Part shown: positions 38,835 through 48,079 of the stretch, piece by piece
Layout of the letters: each line of letters begins with the position of its first letter
Numbering within the stretch: the stretch's first letter is position 1
NCBI GenBank assembly: GCA_963674755.2
Contig: CAXXVS010000003.1
Coordinates: 576,001-640,000, forward strand
Source: Desulfobacterales bacterium
GTDB taxonomy: Bacteria > Desulfobacterota > Desulfobacteria > Desulfobacterales > UBA5852
DNA length: 64,000 nt
Direction: 5' to 3'
Program-made: the position numbers and the translations under genes
Notes under the pieces: model-generated
The model's database searches: none
What the model was told of the DNA's origin: nothing
What the model saw: only the letters and a program-made list of their open reading frames with translations

Positions 38835-39608
38835 CTATAAAAATTTCTTGCCAAAAATCCTGCCGCCCTGTTGATAGTATTTATTTTGCAATATTGAGAT
38901 TATCTTACTTGCAAAAGGGGCTATGGGTCTTTCTAATAATTTGTTCTCGTTTAATATTTCATTTCGGCTTGGGTGAGCGACGAGATCTGCTAGTTGAAGC
39001 CCAGAAATATTATTTGCTTTGGGTTTGACCTTCAACTGCTTGCTGGTTAATACTTCCTGAAATGCGTCAGGCAGTATAAATTGAGTGCCTTCGTTCCAAA
39101 GTTTGAGAAATGATGCCTTAAGCCTTTTATCTTCCTTACCACCTCTTGACTCTGCCATCACATCGCCATGAGTGTTTTTGGCCGATAAGAAGAAACTGAA
39201 TCGCTCAAGTAAAATTGCTAAACAATAATGATACGGATCATACCTCCATACCTGGTATGTATCCTTGTGAGATTTTTTGTCTAGACATACAGTGATAACT
39301 ATATAATCCCATTGCCTTAATAGTGATAATAAATCGCTATCAAAAGCCTTTTTCGTTTCCTCCCTTCTAAGTGCATCAAAAGGACGCTTTGCGTTAACAA
39401 GTTCTTTTCTATGAAAAATAAGCGGTTCGTCTGGATGATAATTGAAAAATTTTGCTTTTAATCCTTCCATTTCTGGAAACAACTTATCTCTTACGTACTC
39501 AAGATCGATAATAACACCTGTAAGGCTTAAAAATCTATGAAGTGGGTTGTCTGAACTGTTTAAATCAGAATTTCCAACTTCATCTATGTACATTCTATAT
39601 TTCGTCAT
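38835..39608 (-). CDS. DUF3800 domain protein (putative RNase H-like nuclease)
   Basis: N-terminal YIDEVG (DE motif), central AESRG, C-terminal GLQLADL (QxxD motif); AT-rich. Confidence 0.88.
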   Translation of the reverse strand: MTKYRMYIDEVGNSDLNSSDNPLHRFLSLTGVIIDLEYVRDKLFPEMEGLKAKFFNYHPDEPLIFHRKELVNAKRPFDALRREETKKAFDSDLLSLLRQWDYIVITVCLDKKSHKDTYQVWRYDPYHYCLAILLERFSFFLSAKNTHGDVMAESRGGKEDKRLKASFLKLWNEGTQFILPDAFQEVLTSKQLKVKPKANNISGLQLADLVAHPSRNEILNENKLLERPIAPFASKIISILQNKYYQQGGRIFGKKFL

Positions 39609-39617
39609 AGTTCAAGA

Positions 39618-39686
39618 AGATAACGGTAAGCTCGCCAGACACAAGGGCAGCACGGCCCTTGTGTCTGGTGTGGCGTCAGGTTAGAG
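39618..39686 (-). mobile_element. attC-like integron recombination site 1
   Basis: Minus strand: R'' CTCTAAC-CTGAC-L'' GCCACACC-AGACACAAGGGC loop GCCCTTGTGTCT-L' GGCGAGC-TTACC-R' GTTATCT; 5-nt spacers and 8/7-nt L boxes; starts 16 nt after a stop, and the crossover G is 16 nt before the next ATG. Confidence 0.8.
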
Positions 39687-39701
39687 GCCCACTCCAAATC
39701 A

Positions 39702-40808
39702 TCATGCATCTTTAGATAATTTTAATAAAAACGACATTGCATTCCTTCTTTCTATATCCCTCTTGGCTTTTAAATAATCAACAACATCAGGGATAGCTGG
39801 TGCTAATGCGGAAGCAAATAGCGTTAACGCTCCTGCAATTCCCAAATTTGCAAGATATGATAATGATAGTGACGGGAACTCCCATTTAACAATTTTTTTC
39901 ATTACATCAGAAAAAATATCGTCACGAATAGCACGCATCTCATTTTTATATTCAACTACACGAGGAGCAAAATCAGTGGCTATAATCTTCGCAATTTCGT
40001 CTTGAGATATGTTGCCTTCGATATTACCGATTTCCGCTGCTGCTCTATTTACCTCAGTGATCCATGAGGAATAGGCATCTTTCGCCTTTTCTCGGTACTC
40101 TAGTATGTCAGTTATCTTTAGAATCTGAAGGGCCTCATCTGGTATAACAGAATTAGCAATGGTCAAACCAATATATGGTGCGTGTCTCGATGTGCCTCCA
40201 ACATAAGCAGAATCCGATGTTCTCAGACCAATCAATTTTGCAATATAAGGATCTTCAGATATAGGAATTGTATTTGTTTCTCCAGCCACTAATACAGCAC
40301 TCGTTGTTTTTATAGATGCTTCAATCAAAATCGTCTTAAAGGTTTCTTCACGGCGTTGTGGAGTTGAAACATCGAACATATTTTGGCCATCAACATCCAA
40401 ATTAAATGTGCCATTTAATAGTTCTTTATCTTGGCGTAACGCATTCGCAATTTCTTGACCTGTGCCGCTACCATAGTTTGCACCAAACTGAATAAATTTT
40501 GATGCGAATTCATCACTAGAACGAAAACCATCGAGAACCACTTGAGTAAAGATGGGATTGTTAATATCTGCCTCAATATAGGGAGTGTAAAGAACTTGAG
40601 CAGGACCGGATGGAGGCTTAAATATATCAATATGAACTGGAGAGATAGACCAATCGATTCTTCTCGCATAAGAATCGTGGCCAATTGTTCCCCAATTCTT
40701 GAAAGTGACTGAAGGCCTATCCATAAAATAGATACCTTCAGCCACTACTAGCATCCTTTTTAAAACTAGCTGATCGCAAAATTCATTTCCACTATAAAGT
40801 AGCTTCAT
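39702..40808 (-). CDS. AT-rich hypothetical protein with C-terminal hydrophobic segment
   Basis: 368-aa ORF, GAGG RBS, followed by attC1. Confidence 0.8.
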   Translation of the reverse strand: MKLLYSGNEFCDQLVLKRMLVVAEGIYFMDRPSVTFKNWGTIGHDSYARRIDWSISPVHIDIFKPPSGPAQVLYTPYIEADINNPIFTQVVLDGFRSSDEFASKFIQFGANYGSGTGQEIANALRQDKELLNGTFNLDVDGQNMFDVSTPQRREETFKTILIEASIKTTSAVLVAGETNTIPISEDPYIAKLIGLRTSDSAYVGGTSRHAPYIGLTIANSVIPDEALQILKITDILEYREKAKDAYSSWITEVNRAAAEIGNIEGNISQDEIAKIIATDFAPRVVEYKNEMRAIRDDIFSDVMKKIVKWEFPSLSLSYLANLGIAGALTLFASALAPAIPDVVDYLKAKRDIERRNAMSFLLKLSKDA

Positions 40809-41281
40809 AGAATCCTCGATCTTCTATTATATTATCATACTGCAGATTTTAGCGCTTATTATCGTAATTATCCTGCTGCATGATAATTACAAAAACGAGT
40901 TATTTTGAGACAGATTTATTTCAAAAGATATGTACGGGCGATCAACGGAAAGCCCGACAGCCATAAAATCGATAGCTATGGTAATGACCGCTTTGCGCGG
41001 CTTTGGGGCGGGACCGGCTTCATTGATGTGGGAATCATACCATAATCATTGGAGAATGCCAAATTTACAATACCGGTAGATAGCCAAAAAAGTGGTTTCA
41101 TTTTTCGTTTTGATTAAGATGCGGCCGGAGATGAATTTATGCGTTTTTGCTTCGGACGACGGGATCAACAATTCGTCGCAAATACCCAATTTCGGTCACA
41201 GCAAGCCATGCGGGCGGCCTAAGACCGACCTGCTGCAAGGGGATGTTGCCGCCGGAAATGGAAAGGCCAAGGTTTAGCGGG

Positions 41282-41782
41282 TTAATTTGTTGCCAGGAAC
41301 GCTTCATGAAAAATGATGGTTCCCCGTGGAATTTTTTCCGTAAACGGCAAGGCCAGAAACACATCCTGCGGGATGCCCTCATGGATCAGTTCAGGATAAT
41401 TCCTGAAACCAAAGCGGCTATAATAGTTCGGATCGCCGACAAGCGCGCAGCCCTGGCAGCCCATTTCCCGCAGCAAAGACAGGCCTTCCTGGATAAGCGA
41501 TTTCCCAATGCCGATCCTATGATATTCGGGCAGGACCGAAACCGGACCAAGGCCATACCAGTTTTGGGTCCCATCCGTAATGCTTACCGGAGAAAACGCG
41601 ATATGGCCGACAATCTGTCCGTCGATTTCCACCACGAGCGACAGGGTGAGCGCGCCGGCCGCCCGTAAGGCCTTGATAATGAATTGTTCCGTGTGATGGC
41701 TGATGGGAAGGGTCTTGAAGGCGGCGATCGTGACCTCGGTGATCGCCTTGATATCGGCGGCGGTTTCTTTTCTGATGATCAT
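41282..41782 (-). CDS. GNAT N-acetyltransferase (YhbS-like)
   Basis: IVGHIAFSPV, LGPVSVLPEYHRIGIGKSLI, LVGDPNYYSRFGF. Confidence 0.9.
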   Translation of the reverse strand: MIIRKETAADIKAITEVTIAAFKTLPISHHTEQFIIKALRAAGALTLSLVVEIDGQIVGHIAFSPVSITDGTQNWYGLGPVSVLPEYHRIGIGKSLIQEGLSLLREMGCQGCALVGDPNYYSRFGFRNYPELIHEGIPQDVFLALPFTEKIPRGTIIFHEAFLATN

Positions 41783-41843
41783 GTGAAGACCCGGCTTGGG
41801 TTGGAGCATTCGAAAAGGACGGCGGTATGCCAGCCCACCGCCA

Positions 41844-42269
41844 TCATGTTTCACTCCGCAGCAATGCGGAAGCCTTTTCCACCACAGCCGCGGGAAAGGG
41901 GCAGGATTTCCGGGCTTCGGTGTCCATGTGGACGACTTTGAGGGTCGTGTGTGCGGCAACCGCCAGGGTTTCGTCCAGACGCATCTCGTGGCGGAAGCGC
42001 AGGCTCTTCTCCTTGATCTCGAGAAGTTCGGAATGCACCGAGATGATATCGCCGGCGCGGACTTCCTGAAGGTAGGAAAGGTGCTGATCCACGGCAGCCA
42101 TGCCGCGATGGGCGGATCGCAGGAAGCTCGGGGTGAGCCCAAGCAGGTTGAAGAACTGCCAGGTCGCCTCATCGAATTTGCCGACGTACCACATGACGTT
42201 CATGTGCCCCACGTGATCGCAGTGCCAGGGGTAAACCGTGCCGCGGTAGGTGAGGAAGGATTCAGACAT
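41844..42269 (-). CDS. Hotdog-fold thioesterase
   Basis: VYPWHCDHVGHMNVMWY motif. Confidence 0.85.
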   Translation of the reverse strand: MSESFLTYRGTVYPWHCDHVGHMNVMWYVGKFDEATWQFFNLLGLTPSFLRSAHRGMAAVDQHLSYLQEVRAGDIISVHSELLEIKEKSLRFRHEMRLDETLAVAAHTTLKVVHMDTEARKSCPFPAAVVEKASALLRSET

Positions 42270-42437
42270 CGAAGGGCTCCTTGGGCCGGAAGCAGGGCTG
42301 CAAATGGCAGATGTTCTTTTAACAGCTTCCGCTTGCGCGGTCATCCGGGGTGGTGCCGGCTGGTACGGGGTGAGACTTACGAAACCGGTAGCAAAAATAG
42401 GATCGCTTGTCAAAAAAATAGGCTAATAGCGACCTTG

Positions 42438-44036
42438 TCAAGTTTGCACAGGGTTTCCCATGGGAAGGGCGCGATCGCCCGCCATGCGAGGTGGCCGGCG
42501 GGGACGGAAAAGGATCGCTGCGATGATGGGGACGACCAGGGCCAGCAGGGCCACGGTGATCAGCAAATGACCCAGGGCGGCATACTGGCCGCGTTCGATC
42601 ACGAAGATTTCGTTCAGATAGCGGGTGCCGAGCTGACTGGCCGACAAGGCCAGATTGGTGAAGGCCGCCATGACGGCAAAGTAGGTGGCCTTCTGGTGGG
42701 CGGGTGCTTCCCGGGCGATCCAGGCCAGCATGGGAATCATGGCCACCTGACCCATGGGGGCGTCGGCCATGGTGTCGATCATGGCGATGGTTCGCGGGCC
42801 GAATCCCAGGTGGGCGGCGGTCCACTGGTGCAGGCCGTAGAACATGGCGATAAAGGGCAGCATCATGAAGGCGCTGTAGATAGCCAGGAATACGACGATG
42901 TAGGGCAAGGAGTGGCGTCCCATCCAGCTCCGCAGGGCCAGCATGCCGGCAATGGTGAGGAGGGCCGAAATCTGACGCAGGGTCCCGAAAAAAGCCTCAT
43001 CGAAACCCAGGGCGTCGATCTGCCACCAACTGGCGCCGGCCCCGGCCGTGGGCATGGCCCGGAAGACGAAGACGATGATCGCGATGGCAACAATTTCGCG
43101 TCGCTTTTCAGGCGCCAGATCGGCCAGCACCTGACGCATGAGGTAGAGAATGACCCCCAGGGATCCGATGAAGATCATTTCTTCCTTGTGCGGCAGGCCC
43201 GAAAGACCGACCAGCAGGGATACGGCCACAAAACCCGCGCTGCCCCATAGAATTTGAGGGTTGACCCGGACGTCCGATCGCGACACCGGGGGGGCGGCGA
43301 AGGCCCCTGAGCAGCGGCGGGCGCGCCAGCGCATGCCGGCGGCCAGCAGCACCCCGGCTACGGAAATAAGCGGTATGACCAGGGCGATCTGGTACATGCT
43401 GGCATAGGAGAGGGTGGCGGCCAGCCAGCCGCCGCTGCCGGCCACGACGGCCCCGCCGCCGATAATGGCCACACGTCCCAGGGTCTGCATGGTGACATGC
43501 ATCTGCTTGAGCTGTTCTTCCGGAAACGGCGTGCCGTCGACCCGGAGGGTGGGAACCGCTTCGACCGTCATGGCGTCGGCCACCACGTCCTGCAGGACAT
43601 ACCCCACCGGCGCCAGCAGGACCGCAAGTACATACCAGGTGTCGAGCGGAAGCAGCGCGGCCATCTGGGCGGTGTAGCCGGTCAGGCCCACCATGATCAG
43701 CAGGCTGGCGCCCATCAGGGCCGCCCCCAGGTAGACGAAGCCCGCCTTCCAGCGCCAGAAGAGGTCGACCAGATGGCCGACAGGCATCTTGAGCGCCCAG
43801 GGCAAGCCGGCCCAGAAGCCCAGTCCGGCCAGGAAGGCGGCACTCAGGCCAAGTTCCTCCTTGACGAAAAAGGATTCGATGATGCCGGTGAAGCCGGACA
43901 CGCCGGCCGCAAAATACACCATGAGCGGCGGCACATAGCTCCAGCGCATCTCTCCCATGAGGCCTATGATGTCACGCCGGAACCAGCGTCGGACATTGTT
44001 GGTCAAACCGGAGATTGGGTTTTGATGACGAGGCAT
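42438..44036 (-). CDS. MFS-like transporter, folate-biopterin (BT1)-like
   Basis: LPWALKMPVGHLVD, QDVVADAMTVE, ATYFAVMAAFTNL; about 12 TM segments. Confidence 0.75.
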   Translation of the reverse strand: MPRHQNPISGLTNNVRRWFRRDIIGLMGEMRWSYVPPLMVYFAAGVSGFTGIIESFFVKEELGLSAAFLAGLGFWAGLPWALKMPVGHLVDLFWRWKAGFVYLGAALMGASLLIMVGLTGYTAQMAALLPLDTWYVLAVLLAPVGYVLQDVVADAMTVEAVPTLRVDGTPFPEEQLKQMHVTMQTLGRVAIIGGGAVVAGSGGWLAATLSYASMYQIALVIPLISVAGVLLAAGMRWRARRCSGAFAAPPVSRSDVRVNPQILWGSAGFVAVSLLVGLSGLPHKEEMIFIGSLGVILYLMRQVLADLAPEKRREIVAIAIIVFVFRAMPTAGAGASWWQIDALGFDEAFFGTLRQISALLTIAGMLALRSWMGRHSLPYIVVFLAIYSAFMMLPFIAMFYGLHQWTAAHLGFGPRTIAMIDTMADAPMGQVAMIPMLAWIAREAPAHQKATYFAVMAAFTNLALSASQLGTRYLNEIFVIERGQYAALGHLLITVALLALVVPIIAAILFRPRRPPRMAGDRALPMGNPVQT

Positions 44037-44117
44037 GTGTCTGTTTATCTTATTAAATTGAATGACGATTGGCTGCCGCTAAAGGAGGCGGCCTGTGGAG
44101 CCAGGCGATCTGCTATT

Positions 44118-44151
44118 AAATCAAAGGGCCGGGGGGCGAACCCCCCGGCCC
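44118..44151 (-). terminator. Intrinsic terminator after degP/degQ
   Basis: GGGCCGGGGGG-TTCG-CCCCCCGGCCC followed by TTTGATTT on the minus strand. Confidence 0.7.
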
Positions 44152-44313
44152 GGGTAACGGCCGGGATCGATGCCGGGCCGGTTGTTTTCAGGATTCCTGG
44201 CCCTCGCTGCGTGCGGCGCGAACCGCCGTGGGCGGAATCAACCTACTGACGCCGGTTTGTGATCGTGCGTGCATCGATGCCGGCCGGGATGGCCGACGGT
44301 TGTCTTCCGTTGG

Positions 44314-45741
44314 TTAACCCAGTTGGACCACTTTCAGTCCGCCCTTGTCGCTCTTGACGAGCAGGTTGAGATGATCGCCCTTCTTGTTTTCCTGGACCCG
44401 GTCTTTGAAGTCCCGGGCGGATTCGACCTGATGGCGGTTGATCTCGACGATGACGTCGCCCTCTTCGAGGCCGGCCTGGGCGGCCTTGCTGCCGGGCTCG
44501 ACACCGGTCACGACGGCACCGTGTTCGGCGTCGATGTTCAGCCGGCGGGCCAGTTCGGGCGTCAGATCGGTGACCTGGATGCCGTAGCCGGATTCGGTGC
44601 CGGATTCCGCCTCGCCATTCTGGGCCAGGGTCATCGGGCGGCGTCCCACTTTGAGGGATACGGTTTTCTCCTTGCCGTCGCGCAGCAGGGTGACATCCAC
44701 TTTGTCGTCCACCGCCAGGGAAGCCGCTTTGGCGGTCAATTCATGGCTGCTGTTGACCTTGGTGCCGGCCACTTCGGTGATGATGTCATTGGGCTTGATG
44801 CCGGCCTGATCGGCGGGATCACCAGGAACCACTTTGGTGACCAGGACGCCCTGGTCCTTCTTGACACCGTAATAGGTGGCCAGATCGTTTCCCAGGTCCT
44901 GGATGGTGACACCCAGCCATCCCCGGGTGACTTCGCCCTTGCTTTTTAACTGGGAGACAATGCTGGTGGCCATATCAATGGGAATGGCAAAACCGATGCC
45001 CTGGCCGCTGGCGATGATGGCCGTATTGATGCCCACGACCTCGCCCTGCATATTGAGGAGCGGTCCGCCGCTGTTGCCCGGATTGATGGACGCATCGGTC
45101 TGGATATAGTCATCATAGGGTCCCGCACCGATCACGCGCCCTTTGGCGCTGACGATGCCGGCCGTTACCGTGTGGTCCAGGCCGAAGGGATTGCCGATGG
45201 CGACCACCCACTGGCCGACCTTGAGATCGTCTGAATTACCCAGGGTGACGGTCGGCAGGGCCTTGTCGGATTTCACTTTGATCAGGGCCAGATCGGTCTG
45301 GGGATCGCGGCCCACCACGGTGGCGTCAAACTTGCGGTCGTCCTGGAGGACGACCTTGATTTTGTCGGCGCCCTCCACGACATGGTTGTTGGTGACGATA
45401 TAGCCGTCCCGGTCGATGATGAATCCGGTGCCCAGGCCGGACTGGCTGCGCGGCTGGGGGGTCTGATTCCCGAAATAGGGGCCGAAGAAATCGCGGAACT
45501 GTTTGTTCATGTCGCCGCTCCCGCCATTGAACGGGTGCATGGCGGGCTGGATGTTTTTTTCCACTTGGATGTTGACCACGGCGGGTCCGACCTTGTCGGC
45601 CAGGGCCGTGAAATTCTGGGGCACCATGTGCACTCCGGGATCGCTGGTGGCCGCCACGGCGGCCGTCAAACCGGGCGCACTGATAAAGCCCAGCAGGGTT
45701 AAAACCATAACTGTCTTTTTGAATCGAAAGCGTCGAAGCAT
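44314..45741 (-). CDS. HtrA/DegP/DegQ serine protease with two PDZ domains
   Basis: Signal peptide, TNNHVV, TDLAL, INPGNSGGPL, two PDZ domains. Confidence 0.95.
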   Translation of the reverse strand: MLRRFRFKKTVMVLTLLGFISAPGLTAAVAATSDPGVHMVPQNFTALADKVGPAVVNIQVEKNIQPAMHPFNGGSGDMNKQFRDFFGPYFGNQTPQPRSQSGLGTGFIIDRDGYIVTNNHVVEGADKIKVVLQDDRKFDATVVGRDPQTDLALIKVKSDKALPTVTLGNSDDLKVGQWVVAIGNPFGLDHTVTAGIVSAKGRVIGAGPYDDYIQTDASINPGNSGGPLLNMQGEVVGINTAIIASGQGIGFAIPIDMATSIVSQLKSKGEVTRGWLGVTIQDLGNDLATYYGVKKDQGVLVTKVVPGDPADQAGIKPNDIITEVAGTKVNSSHELTAKAASLAVDDKVDVTLLRDGKEKTVSLKVGRRPMTLAQNGEAESGTESGYGIQVTDLTPELARRLNIDAEHGAVVTGVEPGSKAAQAGLEEGDVIVEINRHQVESARDFKDRVQENKKGDHLNLLVKSDKGGLKVVQLG

Positions 45742-46242
45742 CGTCTGCTACCTCCTGATGGTCGTTGATAAAGGAACTGTTGCGGATGCGCTACGGCCCA
45801 AAGCCGTCTGTGCAAACGTAGGGACACAATAGACCATCAACCTCACGACAAGATGGTTTCAAGATGATCAAAAAGTTAAAGTGCCCACCCATCGATGGTA
45901 TCTTCAGACGGCATCATACGGCCCCCACCGGACGCGCTTTGGAAATCCCCGCCATAGCGCGGCCCCGCAACGCTATGGCTCATACGGCGACGCCGTCGGT
46001 TTCCACCCCCGGCGGGCCGTATGAGACGGCAAGTCTCGCAGTGCGGGACAAATCACTGTGGCCTGGGCCGGAACCCCAAGCGGTTATCGCTGGACAAACG
46101 CAGTTCTAGCCGTTGAAGATGCGCTTTCCTGCAAAGGAACCCTTGCAATCCGTGGACAGGGCTTATTGTTATACAAGACATAACGGCCGGAGATACGATG
46201 CATCGGGTTTCCGGCCCACGAAAGAAAAGGAGGACTTCAACG

Positions 46243-47274
46243 ATGCGCTACAAACAGCTTGGCCGGACAGGTTTGCTCGTGTCGGAATTGTGCTTCGGCA
46301 CCATGACCTTCGGCGGCGGGACGGGGTTTTGGCGGGCGATCGGGCGGCTGCAGCAGGACGCGGCCGACAACCTGGTTGCCCGGGTGCTGGATGCCGGGAT
46401 CAATTTTATCGACACGGCCGATATCTACTCCGAAGGGGATTCCGAAAGGATCCTGGGAAAGGCCCTGGGCAAACGCCGCAAGGAAGTGGTGCTGGCCACC
46501 AAGGTGTTGGGCCGCATGGGGCCGGGGCCCAACCAGGTGGGGCTTTCCCGGGGGCACATCATGCAGGCCGTGGAAGACAGCCTGGCGCGTTTGGGTACGG
46601 ACTACATCGATCTCTACCAGATTCACGGGTTCGATCCGCTCACCCCGCTGGAAGAGACCTTGGGGGCTCTGGACGACCTGGTGCATTCCGGCAAGGTACG
46701 CTACATCGGCTGCTCCAACCTGGCGGCCTGGCAGCTGATGAAATCCCTATGGGTTTCGGACAAGGGCAACCTGCAGCGTTTCGAAAGTCTGCAGGCCTAC
46801 TACACGATCGCCGGCCGGGATCTCGAGCGGGACGTCGTTCCGGTGCTGCAGGATCAGAACCTCGGGCTGATGGTCTGGAGCCCGCTGGCCGGCGGGCTAT
46901 TGTCCGGCAAATTCGATCGCGAAGGGAAAGGGCCGGACGGTGCCCGCCGGGTGGATTTCGATTTTCCGCCCGTGGACAAGGCGCGGGCCTTCAACGTGGT
47001 GGATGTGATGCGGGAGATCGCGCAGGCCAAACAGGTTTCCGTGGCCCGGATCGCCCTGGCCTGGCTGCTGCATCAGCCGGTGGTCACCAGCGTAATCGTC
47101 GGTGCCAAAACACCGGAGCAGCTGGCGGACAATCTCGCCGCACCGGAGGTCAAGCTGTCCGCCGAGGAGCTGTCCCGTTTGAATACGGTCAGCGAGTTGC
47201 CGGCGGAGTACCCGGGTTGGATGGTCGCCCGGCAATCCGAGAATCGGTTGCCGGAACAAGCGACGAACGCTTGA
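46243..47274 (+). CDS. Aldo/keto reductase
   Basis: GINFIDTADIY, LATK, IDLYQIH, WSPLAGGLL; AGGAGG RBS. Confidence 0.92.
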   Translation: MRYKQLGRTGLLVSELCFGTMTFGGGTGFWRAIGRLQQDAADNLVARVLDAGINFIDTADIYSEGDSERILGKALGKRRKEVVLATKVLGRMGPGPNQVGLSRGHIMQAVEDSLARLGTDYIDLYQIHGFDPLTPLEETLGALDDLVHSGKVRYIGCSNLAAWQLMKSLWVSDKGNLQRFESLQAYYTIAGRDLERDVVPVLQDQNLGLMVWSPLAGGLLSGKFDREGKGPDGARRVDFDFPPVDKARAFNVVDVMREIAQAKQVSVARIALAWLLHQPVVTSVIVGAKTPEQLADNLAAPEVKLSAEELSRLNTVSELPAEYPGWMVARQSENRLPEQATNA

Positions 47275-47440
47275 TCGCCGAGGGCGGGTCGCCATACGTG
47301 GCATCCCTTTTCCCATGACGGCGGCCAAAGCCGCCCCTATTCGGCGGTGATGATCTCCCGGGAGGCGAATGTCTTCCCACGGACGGTAATGGGTCTTCAC
47401 CATGTGACCTGTCGGGACCAACCGGCAGCATCGGAACGGA

Positions 47441-48079
47441 TCAGATTGTGAAGGGGAGGTTCAGTACCACGCCGGCGACCGCCTCGGCCGCCCGGGTCGG
47501 GGAGGCGCAGGCGTGAACGCCGTCGAGGTGGGGGCCGTCGGCCAGGACGAAAACCCGTTTTTCGAATTGCAGGGCGAAGGCCATTTCCGAAATGGTGCCA
47601 TAGCCCCCGCCCACGGCCACGAGACACAAGGCGGCCCGGGCCACCAATGCGTTGCGGGCGATGCCGATGCCGGTGGCGATGGGCACGCTGACATAGGGAT
47701 TGGCCAGGGCTGGGTCGGCGTCGGGCAACAGTCCAATGCTCAAGCCGCCTTCGCTGGCGGCACCCTGGCAGGCCGCCTCCATGATGCCCTGGCGTCCGCC
47801 GCAAAGCAAGGTAAGGCCCATCAGGGCCAGCTGCTTTCCCATATCTTCAGCCGCCTGAAGCTGGGCAGGTGTGGCTTCGCGTCCGCCGATGACGGCGACC
47901 GGCACCAGGCAGGGGGCGCCGCTGAAACGCTGAAGCCATGCGACGGCTTCGACCGGGGAGATTTCGTTTCCGGCGGGCGCAGGGTCTTTAGGGTGTATCC
48001 AGGATCGATCCCGGGGTGAAAATCCAAGGCCTTCGGACGTGGTGAGGCATGCCTTTCGTTCATCAAGGAAGAGCTTCAT
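47441..48079 (-). CDS. SLOG/LOG-superfamily protein (TIGR00725-like)
   Basis: CGGRQGIMEAACQGA, TGIGIARN, GGGYGTISE. Confidence 0.85.
   Translation of the reverse strand: MKLFLDERKACLTTSEGLGFSPRDRSWIHPKDPAPAGNEISPVEAVAWLQRFSGAPCLVPVAVIGGREATPAQLQAAEDMGKQLALMGLTLLCGGRQGIMEAACQGAASEGGLSIGLLPDADPALANPYVSVPIATGIGIARNALVARAALCLVAVGGGYGTISEMAFALQFEKRVFVLADGPHLDGVHACASPTRAAEAVAGVVLNLPFTI

Noticed and set aside
38783..39028. 81-aa + strand ORF starting inside the candidate small RNA
   Set aside because: Crosses a strong intrinsic terminator after ~45 nt, is antisense to DUF3800 and has no convincing RBS
39630..39675. Strong hairpin read as a rho-independent terminator
   Set aside because: No U-tract on either side; AAC/GTT ends, spacers and L boxes fit attC better
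40810..41280. attI/attC or integrase remnant upstream of the 368-aa ORF
   Set aside because: No GTTAGAG cassette start or recombinase-like frame found; the region is only AT-rich
47280..47420. Short minus-strand frame after the SLOG gene as a remnant of a further operon gene
   Set aside because: No recognisable motif; runs antisense into the aldo/keto reductase
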